Shown here: positions 1 through 9,939 of the stretch, in pieces
Layout of the letters: each line of letters starts with the position of its first letter
How positions within the stretch are numbered: position 1 is the stretch's first letter
Assembly (NCBI GenBank): GCA_965248925.1
Contig: CBDFLE010000006.1
Location: 3,936,001-4,000,000, forward strand
DNA length: 64,000 nucleotides
Reading direction: 5' to 3'
Source: Candidatus Multivoradales bacterium
Lineage (GTDB): Bacteria; Acidobacteriota; Thermoanaerobaculia; Multivoradales; J023
Made by a program: the position numbers and the translations under genes
Notes under the pieces: generated by a model
Database searches by the model: none
Told to the model about the DNA's origin: nothing
What the model saw: the letters and a program-made list of their open reading frames with translations, nothing else

Positions 1-852
1 GACTTGCTCGGTGAGATCGTCGGGGTGCTCAACGAAGGCGGTTCGAATCGCGTACTCGGTGATCGACTGGCCTTCTGGGGGCTCGAGATCACGCAGAAAC
101 GCCCCCTCTGGTTGCGAGTTTCGGTTGCAGGCGCTGGTGGGCACGCCTCCGGCTTTCACCCCGACAGTCCCCTCCATCGCCTGCTAGCCGCCTTGGCGCG
201 CTTGACGGAGCGACCGCCGCGGCTGCGGGTGAGCGCGGCGGCTCGAAACTATTTATCTGGTCTGGCGCGGCTCGAGCACGCCTCTCCAGAGCACGTCTAT
301 TTCCATCTCGACCAGATCGTCAAAACCGGCGGAGCCCAAGCCGCTCTGCCAGTCGGAGTGATGAGCTATTTGCTCGACTCGCTGCAAGTCACCACCATCG
401 AAGCTGGCGAGAGCATCAACGCAGTGGCTTCGAGGGCGACCGCCACGCTCGACATTCGCTTGCTGCCGGACACGGACGCCGCCGCTTACCTCTCCGAGTT
501 GCGGCGAGTGCTAGGTGATGGGTTCAATGTCGAGGTGCTGCTTTCCGCTGGCCCGACCCCGGCCTCGCCCACCCGCGGTGAGGTATTCGATGCCCTGCGG
601 CGTACTCTCGAAGTGCGGGCGCCGCTGTTGCCGACCTTCATGGTTGGTACCACGGATTCACGCTACTTTCGTCAGCGAGGAATCCCCGCCTATGGTTTCT
701 CGCCCTTCGCCTTGCCCTCCGGTCGACGCTATGGCATCCACGGAATTGACGAGCATTTGCCGCGCACCGTTTTTCTACGTGGCGTCGAAACGCTGTGGCG
801 GGTGGTGCAGGCTTGTACCGGCCCTGCTCGGCCGGCCCCGTCTGCGAATTGA
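1..852 (+). CDS. M20/M25/M40 family metallo-hydrolase (5'-truncated at window edge)
   Basis: NEGG, GHAS, dimerisation-domain N...A.LDIRLLP, GTTDSRYFR and HGIDEH motifs typical of M20 peptidases. Confidence 0.85.
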   Translation, partial: DLLGEIVGVLNEGGSNRVLGDRLAFWGLEITQKRPLWLRVSVAGAGGHASGFHPDSPLHRLLAALARLTERPPRLRVSAAARNYLSGLARLEHASPEHVYFHLDQIVKTGGAQAALPVGVMSYLLDSLQVTTIEAGESINAVASRATATLDIRLLPDTDAAAYLSELRRVLGDGFNVEVLLSAGPTPASPTRGEVFDALRRTLEVRAPLLPTFMVGTTDSRYFRQRGIPAYGFSPFALPSGRRYGIHGIDEHLPRTVFLRGVETLWRVVQACTGPARPAPSAN

Positions 853-896
853 GCGGCGATCGGATTTTGCTGATCGAACACGATATATTCCCTCCC

Positions 897-1811
897 ATGG
901 GTAAGAAGTGGAGAGCGTGTTGCGGGCTGACGTGGATGATTTTTGCAAGTTTCGTCGCCGGTGGGCCGGCTTGGGGTGAGGATCCGCAATCGGCGTCGGG
1001 CGCTCCCTCGGGTGGGCTGCGCGCAGCCTGCGAGAGCATTGCCCGCAAGCTGGCCAGTGTACAACTGCAAGAGTGTCTGTCGCTGGGGCTTGAACTCAGC
1101 GGCGGCCGTTCAGTGCTCGGTACGCCGATATTGCACAAAGAATATCCGCCACTGGCGGGCCGCAAGCCGCTTGGCCGAGTGCTTTTATTCGGCGGAATTC
1201 ACGGTGACGAATACTCCTCGGTGACGATTGTCTTGAAGTGGATGGCGATCCTCAATCGCTTTCACTCCGGCCTGTTCCATTGGCAGATGGTGCCCTTGCT
1301 CAATCCTGATGGCTTGTTGCGTCGTCGGTCGCAGCGCATGAATGAGCACGGTGTCGATCTGAATCGCAACTTTCCGTGCCCCAATTGGCTGGCGGCGACA
1401 CAGGACTATTGGATCCGGCGCACCGGCCGCAATCTTCGGCGTTATCCCGGCAGTGCTCCCTTGGTCGAGCCGGAGAGTCGCTGGCTGGCGGATGAGATCG
1501 AGCGCTTTCGTCCCGATGTGATCGTCTCCGTGCATGCTCCCCACGGCGTGGTCGACTTCGACGGACCGCCCAAGGCGCCGGCACGCCTCGGTTCCCTGGA
1601 ACTCAAGCTGCTGGGAACCTATCCTGGCTCCTTGGGCCGCTATGCCGGGGTCAAGTTAGAGCTGCCGGTCGTCACCCTGGAGCTGCCCTCCGCTGGCAGT
1701 ATGCCGAGTTCCACCGAGCAAATCGGCATCTGGCGGGACCTGGTGCGCTGGTTGCGCCACCGCCTGCCCGCCGACCGGGCTCGCCGCGCCGCAGCGGCAA
1801 AGTCGGACTAA
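897..1811 (+). CDS. M14 zinc carboxypeptidase, murein peptide amidase A (MpaA)-like, with signal peptide
   Basis: GGIHGDE, NPDG, R.N..GVDLNRNFP, EPE, SVH, TLELP motifs; start inferred at ATG 897 (ORF track opens at 795). Confidence 0.85.
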   Translation: MGKKWRACCGLTWMIFASFVAGGPAWGEDPQSASGAPSGGLRAACESIARKLASVQLQECLSLGLELSGGRSVLGTPILHKEYPPLAGRKPLGRVLLFGGIHGDEYSSVTIVLKWMAILNRFHSGLFHWQMVPLLNPDGLLRRRSQRMNEHGVDLNRNFPCPNWLAATQDYWIRRTGRNLRRYPGSAPLVEPESRWLADEIERFRPDVIVSVHAPHGVVDFDGPPKAPARLGSLELKLLGTYPGSLGRYAGVKLELPVVTLELPSAGSMPSSTEQIGIWRDLVRWLRHRLPADRARRAAAAKSD

Positions 1812-1829
1812 GATCAAAAGCCTGTCTTC

Positions 1830-1878
1830 CGTCCCCGCGGGGACGTTATGACATAGCGAGGGGTTTCAACCCCTCGCG
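1830..1878. repeat. REP-like double hairpin between convergent genes
   Basis: CGTCCCCGCGGGGACG and GCGAGGGGTTTCAACCCCTCGC palindromes; related inverted copy at 54189-54237. Confidence 0.75.
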
Positions 1879-1882
1879 GAGT

Positions 1883-2953
1883 TCAGACGCCGCCTTCGAG
1901 CACGATCTTCCAACTCCCGTCCTGGCGCCGCCAATATTGATGTTTGAGCCGCTGCTGCTCAAAGTTGTTGCTGCGGTAGTTCTGCTCGAAGGTCACCAAA
2001 GCTAGCCCCTTCTCAGCTGGATCGAGATAGAAGCCGATCTCTTCTAGACTTACTTCAATGAAGTTCTTGCTCGCATTGACCCGCTTTTTGTGCGCCGCGA
2101 ATCGGCGCCGTGACATCGAGCCGCTCCGAAAGTCCTCGGCGTAATGCGACAAATAGCGCTCGGTCGCGCGGCTTTCCCAGTCGTGTCGCCAGCTCTCCAG
2201 CGTCGCGGCTAGGGAGTGGCGCAGCGGGTCGAGATCGCTCGCCGGCAGCCAGCGCAGGGTCCTACTGATCACCACCGGAGTGTGGGAGATCTCGACTTCT
2301 TGAGACAAGCGCAGGAAGTCCTTGTTGCGCAGGGTCAAGCAACCGCGGCTCGACTGCGGTAGCAGCTCTTCAGTGGTCTTGTCCGTTCCGTGGATCCAGA
2401 TGCCACTGCCGCTGTGTTCGCGTCGTTGGTCGAGGCTGTTCGGATAGTTGAGTGGCAAGGCACCCGCGCCATAGATCTCGGGTAATTCGTCGCCGGGAAT
2501 GTGGGCGACGATGAAGTAAATCCCTACTGGCGTCTTTTCGTCGCCCTCGACTTTCTTGGCGGCGCCGGCCTTGCCGATCGAGACGTAAAAGCTAGCGACG
2601 ATCTCCAGGCCCTGTTGGCCAGCGCGCAGGAGGTGTAACTTGTTGTTCTCTAGGTCGACCGTGATCGCGGTTTTGGTGTTGGGTGGCAGCTGCAGCACGG
2701 CGGCAGGGAACTGGTTTAGGGGTTGGCTTGCCCGCTTGGCAGCGCCTTGGCTGGTGCCTTCCTCGGCGCTGACTAGGCGTGGTTGGGCGGCTGGGCCCTC
2801 GGGCGGTGGCGTTCCCCAAATCGTTGCGGTCAGCAGCCAGCCGAGGGCGGCTAGCCTGGCCACGGTGGCATGTTTCGCGCGCACCGCTCGCCCACCCAGC
2901 GATGCGGGTTGAATCTTGCCACGGGTTGGCACGGGCTGGAGACGGCTCAACAT
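1883..2953 (-). CDS. L,D-transpeptidase (YkuD) family protein with C-terminal NTF2-like domain (Csd6-like)
   Basis: GDEKTPVGIY, LNYPN, GSGIWIHG and SRGC catalytic motifs; C-terminal W..DWES...YLSHY...WKIVLE; true start uncertain. Confidence 0.85.
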   Translation of the reverse strand: MLSRLQPVPTRGKIQPASLGGRAVRAKHATVARLAALGWLLTATIWGTPPPEGPAAQPRLVSAEEGTSQGAAKRASQPLNQFPAAVLQLPPNTKTAITVDLENNKLHLLRAGQQGLEIVASFYVSIGKAGAAKKVEGDEKTPVGIYFIVAHIPGDELPEIYGAGALPLNYPNSLDQRREHSGSGIWIHGTDKTTEELLPQSSRGCLTLRNKDFLRLSQEVEISHTPVVISRTLRWLPASDLDPLRHSLAATLESWRHDWESRATERYLSHYAEDFRSGSMSRRRFAAHKKRVNASKNFIEVSLEEIGFYLDPAEKGLALVTFEQNYRSNNFEQQRLKHQYWRRQDGSWKIVLEGGV

Positions 2954-3058
2954 GTTGCAGGCGGACTCACTTCGGGCGCAGGCGATTGGCGTGGCTCGGA
3001 GCGTCGATCCGTGTGACCGATCTTAGCGCGCGCGGGCCGCTTAGGGGGCCGCCGGACT

Positions 3059-3922
3059 TTAGAAGTTGATCACCAGGGCGGCGGAGAACAACGAGTCGAG
3101 ATCGTCGAGCGGAACTGGAACCAAGAGGCCGTCAAACTCCGGGAGGCTCGACTCAAGGGCGATCAGCTGGGCCGAAGGCAGATTGTCATATTTAAGCTGT
3201 AGGCTGAGCTTGAGCGCCAGGTGGTCGGTCATGTTCACCGCCAGCCAGTTGTCCATGTCGGCGCGCCAATCGTCGGTCTGGTCGAGGTTGTAGTCGACGA
3301 TCAAGTCGTTGCCGTAGTCGGTGGTCTGGTTGAGCTTGCGGAAGTACAGCCAGGTGAATTGCAGCCCGGCGAACTCGTTATCCACGCCGCTTAGGTCTTC
3401 CTGGCGGGTGAAAGTAACGCCATAGGTGGTCTTGAACCGCCGCGCGTCGTTGTCGAAATGGGTCCGGCCGATGCCCGCCCCAGCGCTGTAACGACTGTCG
3501 ATGCCTGCGAAGCGGTTGCGCTCCCAACCGCCTCCGGCGTACCAAAACAGCTGCTCGGTGAAGTTGCGATCGTAGCGCGCGCGCAGATAGTAGTTCTCGG
3601 CAGTGGCTTCAGTGGATTTGTCTTCGATCAGGGTGAAGTCGTCGGGGGTGCCGACCACCCGCCGTCCGACGGTGGTCGATTCGGCACGGATGCCGCCAAT
3701 CTTGAGCGAGAACTCGGCGCCATCCCACAGTCGGGTCAGATCGTTCTTGAAGCCTAGCGTACTGATCTCGGCATTGCCGCTGGTGAAGACATAGGTCAGC
3801 TCGGTGGTGTCGAACCAGCCGGTCTTGGGCTCTTCTTCTGCGGCTCTAGCGGTCGCGGGGAAGAGCGTTATGCAGGCGGTGGCGAGCACCGTGGCCAGCG
3901 TTGTTCGGATCTCAAGTTGCAC
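3059..3922 (-). CDS. DUF481-family outer-membrane beta-barrel protein
   Basis: Signal peptide, TSGN motif, alternating beta strands, terminal Phe; GGAGG RBS before GTG 3922. Confidence 0.8.
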   Translation of the reverse strand: MQLEIRTTLATVLATACITLFPATARAAEEEPKTGWFDTTELTYVFTSGNAEISTLGFKNDLTRLWDGAEFSLKIGGIRAESTTVGRRVVGTPDDFTLIEDKSTEATAENYYLRARYDRNFTEQLFWYAGGGWERNRFAGIDSRYSAGAGIGRTHFDNDARRFKTTYGVTFTRQEDLSGVDNEFAGLQFTWLYFRKLNQTTDYGNDLIVDYNLDQTDDWRADMDNWLAVNMTDHLALKLSLQLKYDNLPSAQLIALESSLPEFDGLLVPVPLDDLDSLFSAALVINF

Positions 3923-3946
3923 TCTATTAACCTCCATCAAGTGATT

Positions 3947-3972
3947 GGACAGACCACTCGTGGCAAAGTCAC
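3947..3972 (-). promoter_or_regulatory. Putative ECF sigma promoter GTGACTTT-N14-GTCC upstream of the DUF481 gene
   Basis: Same motif and spacing as at 30912-30937 (-) and 31009-31034 (+). Confidence 0.7.
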
Positions 3973-3990
3973 ACCGGCCCCATTGGCCGG

Positions 3991-4213
3991 CTATTGTTTG
4001 ACCGTTTCGCGCAGAAATCCAGTATTAGCGACCGACACCGTCTTGGTCGAGCAGAGTCAAGGTTGGGGTAATCGCTTTCAGCGTGCCGCGCTGGCCTTGA
4101 ATCTCGATTGGCTGACCGATGATAAAGAGCCGGCGGGCGTAGGAACCGTTCAGGATGCTGTGGGTGTCTTCGCGGCCGCAGAGGCCGAAAGACAGCCCGA
4201 AGGCCAACGCCAG
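3991..4213 (-). pseudogene. Displaced 3' fragment of the MscS-like gene (left island boundary repeat)
   Basis: Colinear with 29083-29313, with a 9-bp deletion and substitutions. Confidence 0.9.
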
Positions 4214-4227
4214 CGCTTAGAAGGTGA

Positions 4228-4491
4228 AGTTCTTACTATTCCTCCCCCGGCCGTCAGTGAATTACCCACAAGTTCTGACGCTTCAATCATAGCGCAATTT
4301 CTGGGCTTCGCCGTTGGCGCCAGGATCTATAGATCCGGCAATTCAAGCCAATTCTTGGCCAGATGAGGTCCAGTCCATAGATCGACCTGTTGAAACTTGC
4401 TGGTCTGGCGGGCTCAACCTGTGGCCAGGGTGCGGCCCGTGAGTGACGAAGCACCTGCCCTGGTCGCTGCTTCGCAGAATCAAATCGAGGC
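4228..4491. promoter_or_regulatory. Diverged copy of the regulator/small-ORF divergent intergenic region placed upstream of rhs
   Basis: Aligns colinearly with 13036-13298, 14036-14299 and 28339-28601; contains GATCTATAGATC palindrome and a second ATAGATC. Confidence 0.65.
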
Positions 4492-4562
4492 ATCAGGAAC
4501 CAACGCCCGCTATACAGAGTCTAAGAGGACGTGGGTAGCAGCTAGAAACAAGGAGAATTATT

Positions 4563-7500
4563 GTGATCCGATCCATCAGCCTCTTCCTTCTCATCAGTCT
4601 CCTTATCCTTCTAAATCTGCCAGCGGCACTGCAAGCCGGCACCGCCTGCAGCGGCGTCCTCACCTACCTCGAACAAGGATTCTCCGCTGACCAACCCTCG
4701 AACTGCTCCACCGGCTCCCGCTGCTACACGCCGGTCATCTCCGGCGCCACCTTCACCCCCGAGGCTGGCTGCGACCCGGCGATCGAATCCTGCGTCATCA
4801 CCATCGAAGTGCCGATCGACTTCGCCGGCAACCACCAAAACGACCCCAGCGCGTCGGGCTTCCTCTACAGCTTCGCGACCGTCACGGTGACCCCCAGCGG
4901 CGGCGGTACCCTGGGCACCTGCGGCTTGTCGGGCGCGGTGATCGAGGAAGATCACGGCACCTTGAGCTGGGGCATCACCAGTTCTTGCAGCGACCTGATG
5001 GCCAGCTACACCATCACCGCCACCGCCTGCCCTTGTGCCTTCGGCCTCTGTCCCCATTGCCCGAAAGAAACCACCCAAGTAGTCGACTTCAGCCTGTCGC
5101 CCCTCTGCCCACCTCCGCCCCCGCCCAGCGGCTGCCCGGAAGATGAAGATTGCCCCTCGTGCGTCGGTGGTGGCAGCGGAATAGGCGGTAGCGCCGGTGG
5201 TGGAGGCGGAGGCGCCTCGCCGCCGCAGAGCGGCCCCGGCGCCCTACTGCGCTACCACGCGGGAGGCGTTGGCCATCCGACCTACCCCGGCTCAGCCGGC
5301 ATCACCGCCGAGTTGGGGCGCTATTGGAGCCACGATTACGCCGAGAGAATCGCTCGCGACCCCGACGACAGCAACGTCTGGCTGCTCACTCGCTACGCTA
5401 CTTTCCGTCGCTTTACGGACTTGGACATGGATGGGGATTACGACCGCACGATTCCCAGCGATGAGTACCGCACCCTGACCAAGACCCCGACCGGCTGGAC
5501 CCTGCTCGATCTAGACGGCACCCTGATGCAATTCGACAACACCGGCCTATGGTCCTCGACCACCGACCGCAACGGCAACGCCAAGACCGCCAACCGCGAT
5601 GGCACCGGCCGGCTGACCACCGTCAGCTTCCCCGATGGTCGCTCGGAGACCTTCACCTACTCGGTGGGCGGCAGGCTGGACTCGATTACAGAAGTCGGCA
5701 TCGACAGCGCCACCGCCAGAACTTGGGGTTACACCTACACCGGTCAAGACCTCACCCGCATCGACCGACCCGACGGCACCGCCTGGGTTTTCCTCTACGA
5801 TGATCCAACTTTGCCGGGCTACATGACTCGAATGAGTCTGGCGGGTACAGACGCTAGCGAGCGGATCGCGGGCTCCTGGGCCTATGATCCCTTCGGCAAT
5901 GTAGTGCAAATGTGGAAAGGCGCAGCCAACTTCAACGATGCCGGCGCCGTCGATCGCTGGTCGATGAGCTTCGACGATACCCAGCTGCCCATGGTCACCA
6001 CGGTCACCGACCCCATGGGCGAGATCTCCACCTACACTCTGGGTCGCGACTCCGAGAGTCGCAAGCCTCGTCTGGAGCAGCTCGAAGGCTCCTGCCCGAG
6101 CTGCGGCACCGGCCCCAACAGCCGGCTGTTCTATGAAGATCCGGCACACCCCCTGCGGCCCACTCGCCAGATTGACGGCGGCGGCACCACGACGCTAACC
6201 ACCTACGACGCCAACGGCCAAGCAATCTCCCGTGTCGAAGCTCTAGGCACGGCGGAGGAGCGCGAGACCACTTGGCAGCGCGACCTCACCTACCCGGCCC
6301 TGATAACCGAGATCGAGCGCCCCTCGACCACCGGCAACCCTCTAGATTTCCGCCGTACAACCTTCACCCTCAGCGGCCAAGGCAACGCCACTGATCGGAT
6401 CGACGAAGGAGTAGAAGACGGCCAGGTCTTCAGCTACACCACCACGACCACCTACACCGCCGAGGGCCAACCCGAAGACCGCGACCCACCCGGCTACGGC
6501 ACCGCCGATGTCACCACCAGCGCCTGGGACGCTGCCCGTGGCGGCCTGGTGTTGGCCAGTCGCACCGATCCGCTGATCGGCAGCACCCTGTTCGGTTACG
6601 ACCCATTCAACCGCCGAACCTCCGTCACCGACCCCAACGGCGTAGCCAGCGAAACGCAGTACGACCCGCTCAATCGTGTTCTGTTCAGCCTCCAGAAAGG
6701 CGCGGTACCGGCCGAAGACCTGATCACCGAGCAGCGCTACACGGTCTTTGGCGATCTCTTCCAAACCGTCCTGCCGCGCGGCAACGTGATCGAATATTCC
6801 TATGATTCCGCAGGCCGACTTGTCTCGATCGAGCGCAAGCCCGATGACCTGCCCGGCAGCCACGTCGAGCGCACCTTCTACACCCTCGATGGCTTTGGTC
6901 ACCGGGTCCGCGAAGAGCTGCAAGGCTGGGACGGCGCGAGCTGGACGAGTGCGTCGACTACCGACTACCTGTACTCGACCCGCTGCCATCTCGACCAGAT
7001 GATCGAAGGCGCGGGCAGCCCCGAGCAGGCGATCACCGAATATGGCTACAATTGCGATGGCGACCTCGAACGCCTCTGGGACGCGAACCATCCATCGGCG
7101 GGCCAGACTGCGGCAGCCAGCACGGTCTACGGCTACGATCCACTCGACCGATTGACCACGGTCAGCCAGCCATTCGGGGGCGCGGCCGGCGGCCAAGCCG
7201 TGACGACCTACGGCTTTGACGTTCAGGATCATCTGACCACGGTGAGGGACCCAGAGGGCACGGTCACCAGCTACGTCCACAGCGATCGAGATCTGCTGAC
7301 CCGCGAGACCTCCGAGGTTGCCGGCGTGACCAGCCATCTGTACAACGAGCACGGCGAGCGCACAGAGACGACCGATGCACGCAGCATCTCCACCCTGCGC
7401 ACCCTCGATGAGCTGGATCGGGTGACCCTGGTCGACTACCCCGACGACACCCTCGACGTGACCTACACCTACGATGACGCGCTGGTGCCCTTCAGCCTCG

Positions 7501-9332
7501 GCCGGTTGACCCGGATCGAGCGTGACGGTCAGCCGATCGACTACCAATACGATCGATTCGGGCGGATGACTCAAGACGGCGAGCTGGCGTACAGCTTCGA
7601 CACTAACGGCAATAAGAGCGAGATCCTGTACCCTGGTGGGGTGAGAGCGCTCTACGGATTCGATCACGCTGACCGTCACCTGACCCTCGATGCCGAGGTG
7701 CCTGGCCAGGGCATCCAAGTGATCGTCACGGGAGCCCTCTACCAACCCATCGGCCCACTGCGCCACCTGACGCGCGGCAATGGCGTCACCGAAAGCCGCC
7801 AGCACGACAGCCGCTATCAGCCCGCCAGCATCACAGCGGTCGGCCCTGGCAGCACCTTGCTCGACTGGGACTACACCACCGATGGGGTCGGCAACATCAC
7901 CGCCATCGGTGATCTGCTCGATTCGCTGAACAACCGCACCTACGCCTACCAGGACTACCAGTATTTCCTCACCCAGGGCGACGGCCCTTGGGGTGCTCTG
8001 GCCTGGGACTACGACAAAATCGGCAATCGGCTCAGCGAAACGCGGGACGGCGCTACCGACATCTACCAGTACCTCGCCAACGCTGCCGCGAGCGGCAATA
8101 CCGCGAAACTCGACCAGATTGCACTCGGTGCAGGCGGCAGTCGCGTCTACACCTTCGACGCAGCCGGCAACCAGACCGGGGTCGACGAGAACGGCGACCC
8201 CGTGGCTTACACGTTCGATGATGCTGGGCGCCTGTCGGCCATCGACCACCCTTCGGCACAGACCAGCTCGACGATGTTCTACGACGGTCGCAGCTATCTA
8301 CGCCAGGCAGTCGGCCGCGAGCCCGACACTTCGGGCAACGCTCTCTTCTGCGATGGCTTTGAAAGCGGTGACATCAGCGCTTGGGGTGATCCGGGGGCCA
8401 GTAGCTGCACAGCTGAGGCCGTAACCGAAGCGGCCTACAGTTCCGACGGTGTGCTGCAACGGCGAGCCGGTGCCACCGGGGCCAATGCAGTGCTCTACTT
8501 CGGAGGGCAGCCTGTAGCCCAGACCGGTGGGACCGGTGTAACCCACCTCACGGCAGACCATCTTGGCACACCGGTGCTAGCTTCTAGCAGTGTCGGCGGC
8601 TCGAACTGGAGTGGCGGATTCGAGCCCTTCGGCAGTGACTTCGCAAATGCCGAAGACGCAGGCGTTTTCCTGCGCTTTCCGGGGCAGTGGGGGGATCTTG
8701 CTTGGAGCACAGCTGGCGAAACGTTCTTCTACAACGTACACCGCTGGTACGAAGCGGGGGCGGGGCGATATAGCAGAATGGACCCGTTGGCCCCGGTCAA
8801 CACTGCGACCTTCAGTGGATCTCCGTTCGCGGCCGACCTCGAGCAAGCCTATGGCTATGGGAAAATGAACCCGCTGTCCCGGACCGATCCCCTCGGCTTG
8901 AAATCACGAATATGTTGCAGGCAGATTCCGGCGGTACCAGCATCTCACTGCTTCATAGAGATCCAGAGAAACGGGAAAAGTACGAAATGTGGCTTGCAAG
9001 GCGGCCGGTTCTCCCCTGGGGAGAAGCCCGGGACGGGCGCGATCAGAAAAGATCACAGTTTTGACGACCCGAAATTCTCCACCTGTGGCAACTGGGTTGA
9101 GGGGTGTGGCACGGATGAGTGCGTTATCGGGACTGCGGGCAACTATGCTAATCCGAGCAAGTACAACGCTGCAAAAGGCCCGAACAGCAACACGTTCGTG
9201 GGTGTGATTGCTCGGCGGTGCGGCCTCAAGCGACCCGAGGGTGCCGGGTGGACTCGTGGTTGGCGGAGGACAAACCCAGCCCAGAGGAAGAAGGGACTAG
9301 AATCTGAGGTGTCGCCATGCAAGCTTCCGTGA
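4563..9332 (+). CDS. Rhs/YD-repeat polymorphic toxin 1 with Sec-type signal peptide
   Basis: AAGGAG RBS, hydrophobic N-terminus, Cys-rich head, many YD repeats, DHLGTP core, NPLSRTDPLGL cleavage motif, tip with HCF...GPNSNTF. Confidence 0.95.
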   Translation: MIRSISLFLLISLLILLNLPAALQAGTACSGVLTYLEQGFSADQPSNCSTGSRCYTPVISGATFTPEAGCDPAIESCVITIEVPIDFAGNHQNDPSASGFLYSFATVTVTPSGGGTLGTCGLSGAVIEEDHGTLSWGITSSCSDLMASYTITATACPCAFGLCPHCPKETTQVVDFSLSPLCPPPPPPSGCPEDEDCPSCVGGGSGIGGSAGGGGGGASPPQSGPGALLRYHAGGVGHPTYPGSAGITAELGRYWSHDYAERIARDPDDSNVWLLTRYATFRRFTDLDMDGDYDRTIPSDEYRTLTKTPTGWTLLDLDGTLMQFDNTGLWSSTTDRNGNAKTANRDGTGRLTTVSFPDGRSETFTYSVGGRLDSITEVGIDSATARTWGYTYTGQDLTRIDRPDGTAWVFLYDDPTLPGYMTRMSLAGTDASERIAGSWAYDPFGNVVQMWKGAANFNDAGAVDRWSMSFDDTQLPMVTTVTDPMGEISTYTLGRDSESRKPRLEQLEGSCPSCGTGPNSRLFYEDPAHPLRPTRQIDGGGTTTLTTYDANGQAISRVEALGTAEERETTWQRDLTYPALITEIERPSTTGNPLDFRRTTFTLSGQGNATDRIDEGVEDGQVFSYTTTTTYTAEGQPEDRDPPGYGTADVTTSAWDAARGGLVLASRTDPLIGSTLFGYDPFNRRTSVTDPNGVASETQYDPLNRVLFSLQKGAVPAEDLITEQRYTVFGDLFQTVLPRGNVIEYSYDSAGRLVSIERKPDDLPGSHVERTFYTLDGFGHRVREELQGWDGASWTSASTTDYLYSTRCHLDQMIEGAGSPEQAITEYGYNCDGDLERLWDANHPSAGQTAAASTVYGYDPLDRLTTVSQPFGGAAGGQAVTTYGFDVQDHLTTVRDPEGTVTSYVHSDRDLLTRETSEVAGVTSHLYNEHGERTETTDARSISTLRTLDELDRVTLVDYPDDTLDVTYTYDDALVPFSLGRLTRIERDGQPIDYQYDRFGRMTQDGELAYSFDTNGNKSEILYPGGVRALYGFDHADRHLTLDAEVPGQGIQVIVTGALYQPIGPLRHLTRGNGVTESRQHDSRYQPASITAVGPGSTLLDWDYTTDGVGNITAIGDLLDSLNNRTYAYQDYQYFLTQGDGPWGALAWDYDKIGNRLSETRDGATDIYQYLANAAASGNTAKLDQIALGAGGSRVYTFDAAGNQTGVDENGDPVAYTFDDAGRLSAIDHPSAQTSSTMFYDGRSYLRQAVGREPDTSGNALFCDGFESGDISAWGDPGASSCTAEAVTEAAYSSDGVLQRRAGATGANAVLYFGGQPVAQTGGTGVTHLTADHLGTPVLASSSVGGSNWSGGFEPFGSDFANAEDAGVFLRFPGQWGDLAWSTAGETFFYNVHRWYEAGAGRYSRMDPLAPVNTATFSGSPFAADLEQAYGYGKMNPLSRTDPLGLKSRICCRQIPAVPASHCFIEIQRNGKSTKCGLQGGRFSPGEKPGTGAIRKDHSFDDPKFSTCGNWVEGCGTDECVIGTAGNYANPSKYNAAKGPNSNTFVGVIARRCGLKRPEGAGWTRGWRRTNPAQRKKGLESEVSPCKLP

Positions 9333-9925
9333 AATTCCAAGCCGCTTTGAGCTTATCGTCATGCCTGCTCTGCGTCTCATGTCTTACAGGAATTAGAGGG
9401 CTGAAGAAGGATCCGAAGTGGGTCAATGCCGTTGTCTCTCAATTGTACTGCGGACAGTCGTTAGGAGAAGTTCAACTCTTGACAGAGCGGCGTATTGAAA
9501 ACACGACGACTCAGCCAGACTTTGGGTCTTTTGTAGTAAGCTCAAAATTCGCCACGATATGGTTTGACTTCCAGAGTTCCAAGCTAGTGAGTGTTACTAC
9601 TGGAAGGATAGACGGGCTTGCGTCTATACGCACATCGCCCAAGACGAATCTCTGTACTGGGGAATTGACTTTCTGGGTGAGTCTCGGATGGATTGTTCCG
9701 CTTGAAGGCGCAGACGTGTACCTGGATGGCGACCTTGTAGAGGCAAATGCCTCCGCCGGTGTCGTGTTTTCGTTCTCTACCGGCAGGCATGAGCTGCGGG
9801 TGGTAAAGGAAGGGTTTGAGCCCATCGTCAAGATTTTTCACTTTGGCCCCGAGGATATGGGCCATGTGTGGCTGGACCTGACGGAGCCGGATGTCCAGCT
9901 GGTCAACACGCAGCCGGAGTCATAA
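9329..9925 (+). CDS. Putative cognate immunity lipoprotein with C-terminal PEGA-like domain
   Basis: GTGA overlap with rhs stop (ORF track start 9317), lipobox-like Cys, GADVYLDG...GRHELRVVKEGF, lower GC. Confidence 0.7.
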   Translation: MKFQAALSLSSCLLCVSCLTGIRGLKKDPKWVNAVVSQLYCGQSLGEVQLLTERRIENTTTQPDFGSFVVSSKFATIWFDFQSSKLVSVTTGRIDGLASIRTSPKTNLCTGELTFWVSLGWIVPLEGADVYLDGDLVEANASAGVVFSFSTGRHELRVVKEGFEPIVKIFHFGPEDMGHVWLDLTEPDVQLVNTQPES

Positions 9926-9939
9926 TGCCCAGGGCGGCG

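Noticed and set aside
6342-8249. Long antisense ORFs over rhs, ggt and the kinases
   Set aside because: Shadow ORFs expected from high-GC codon bias
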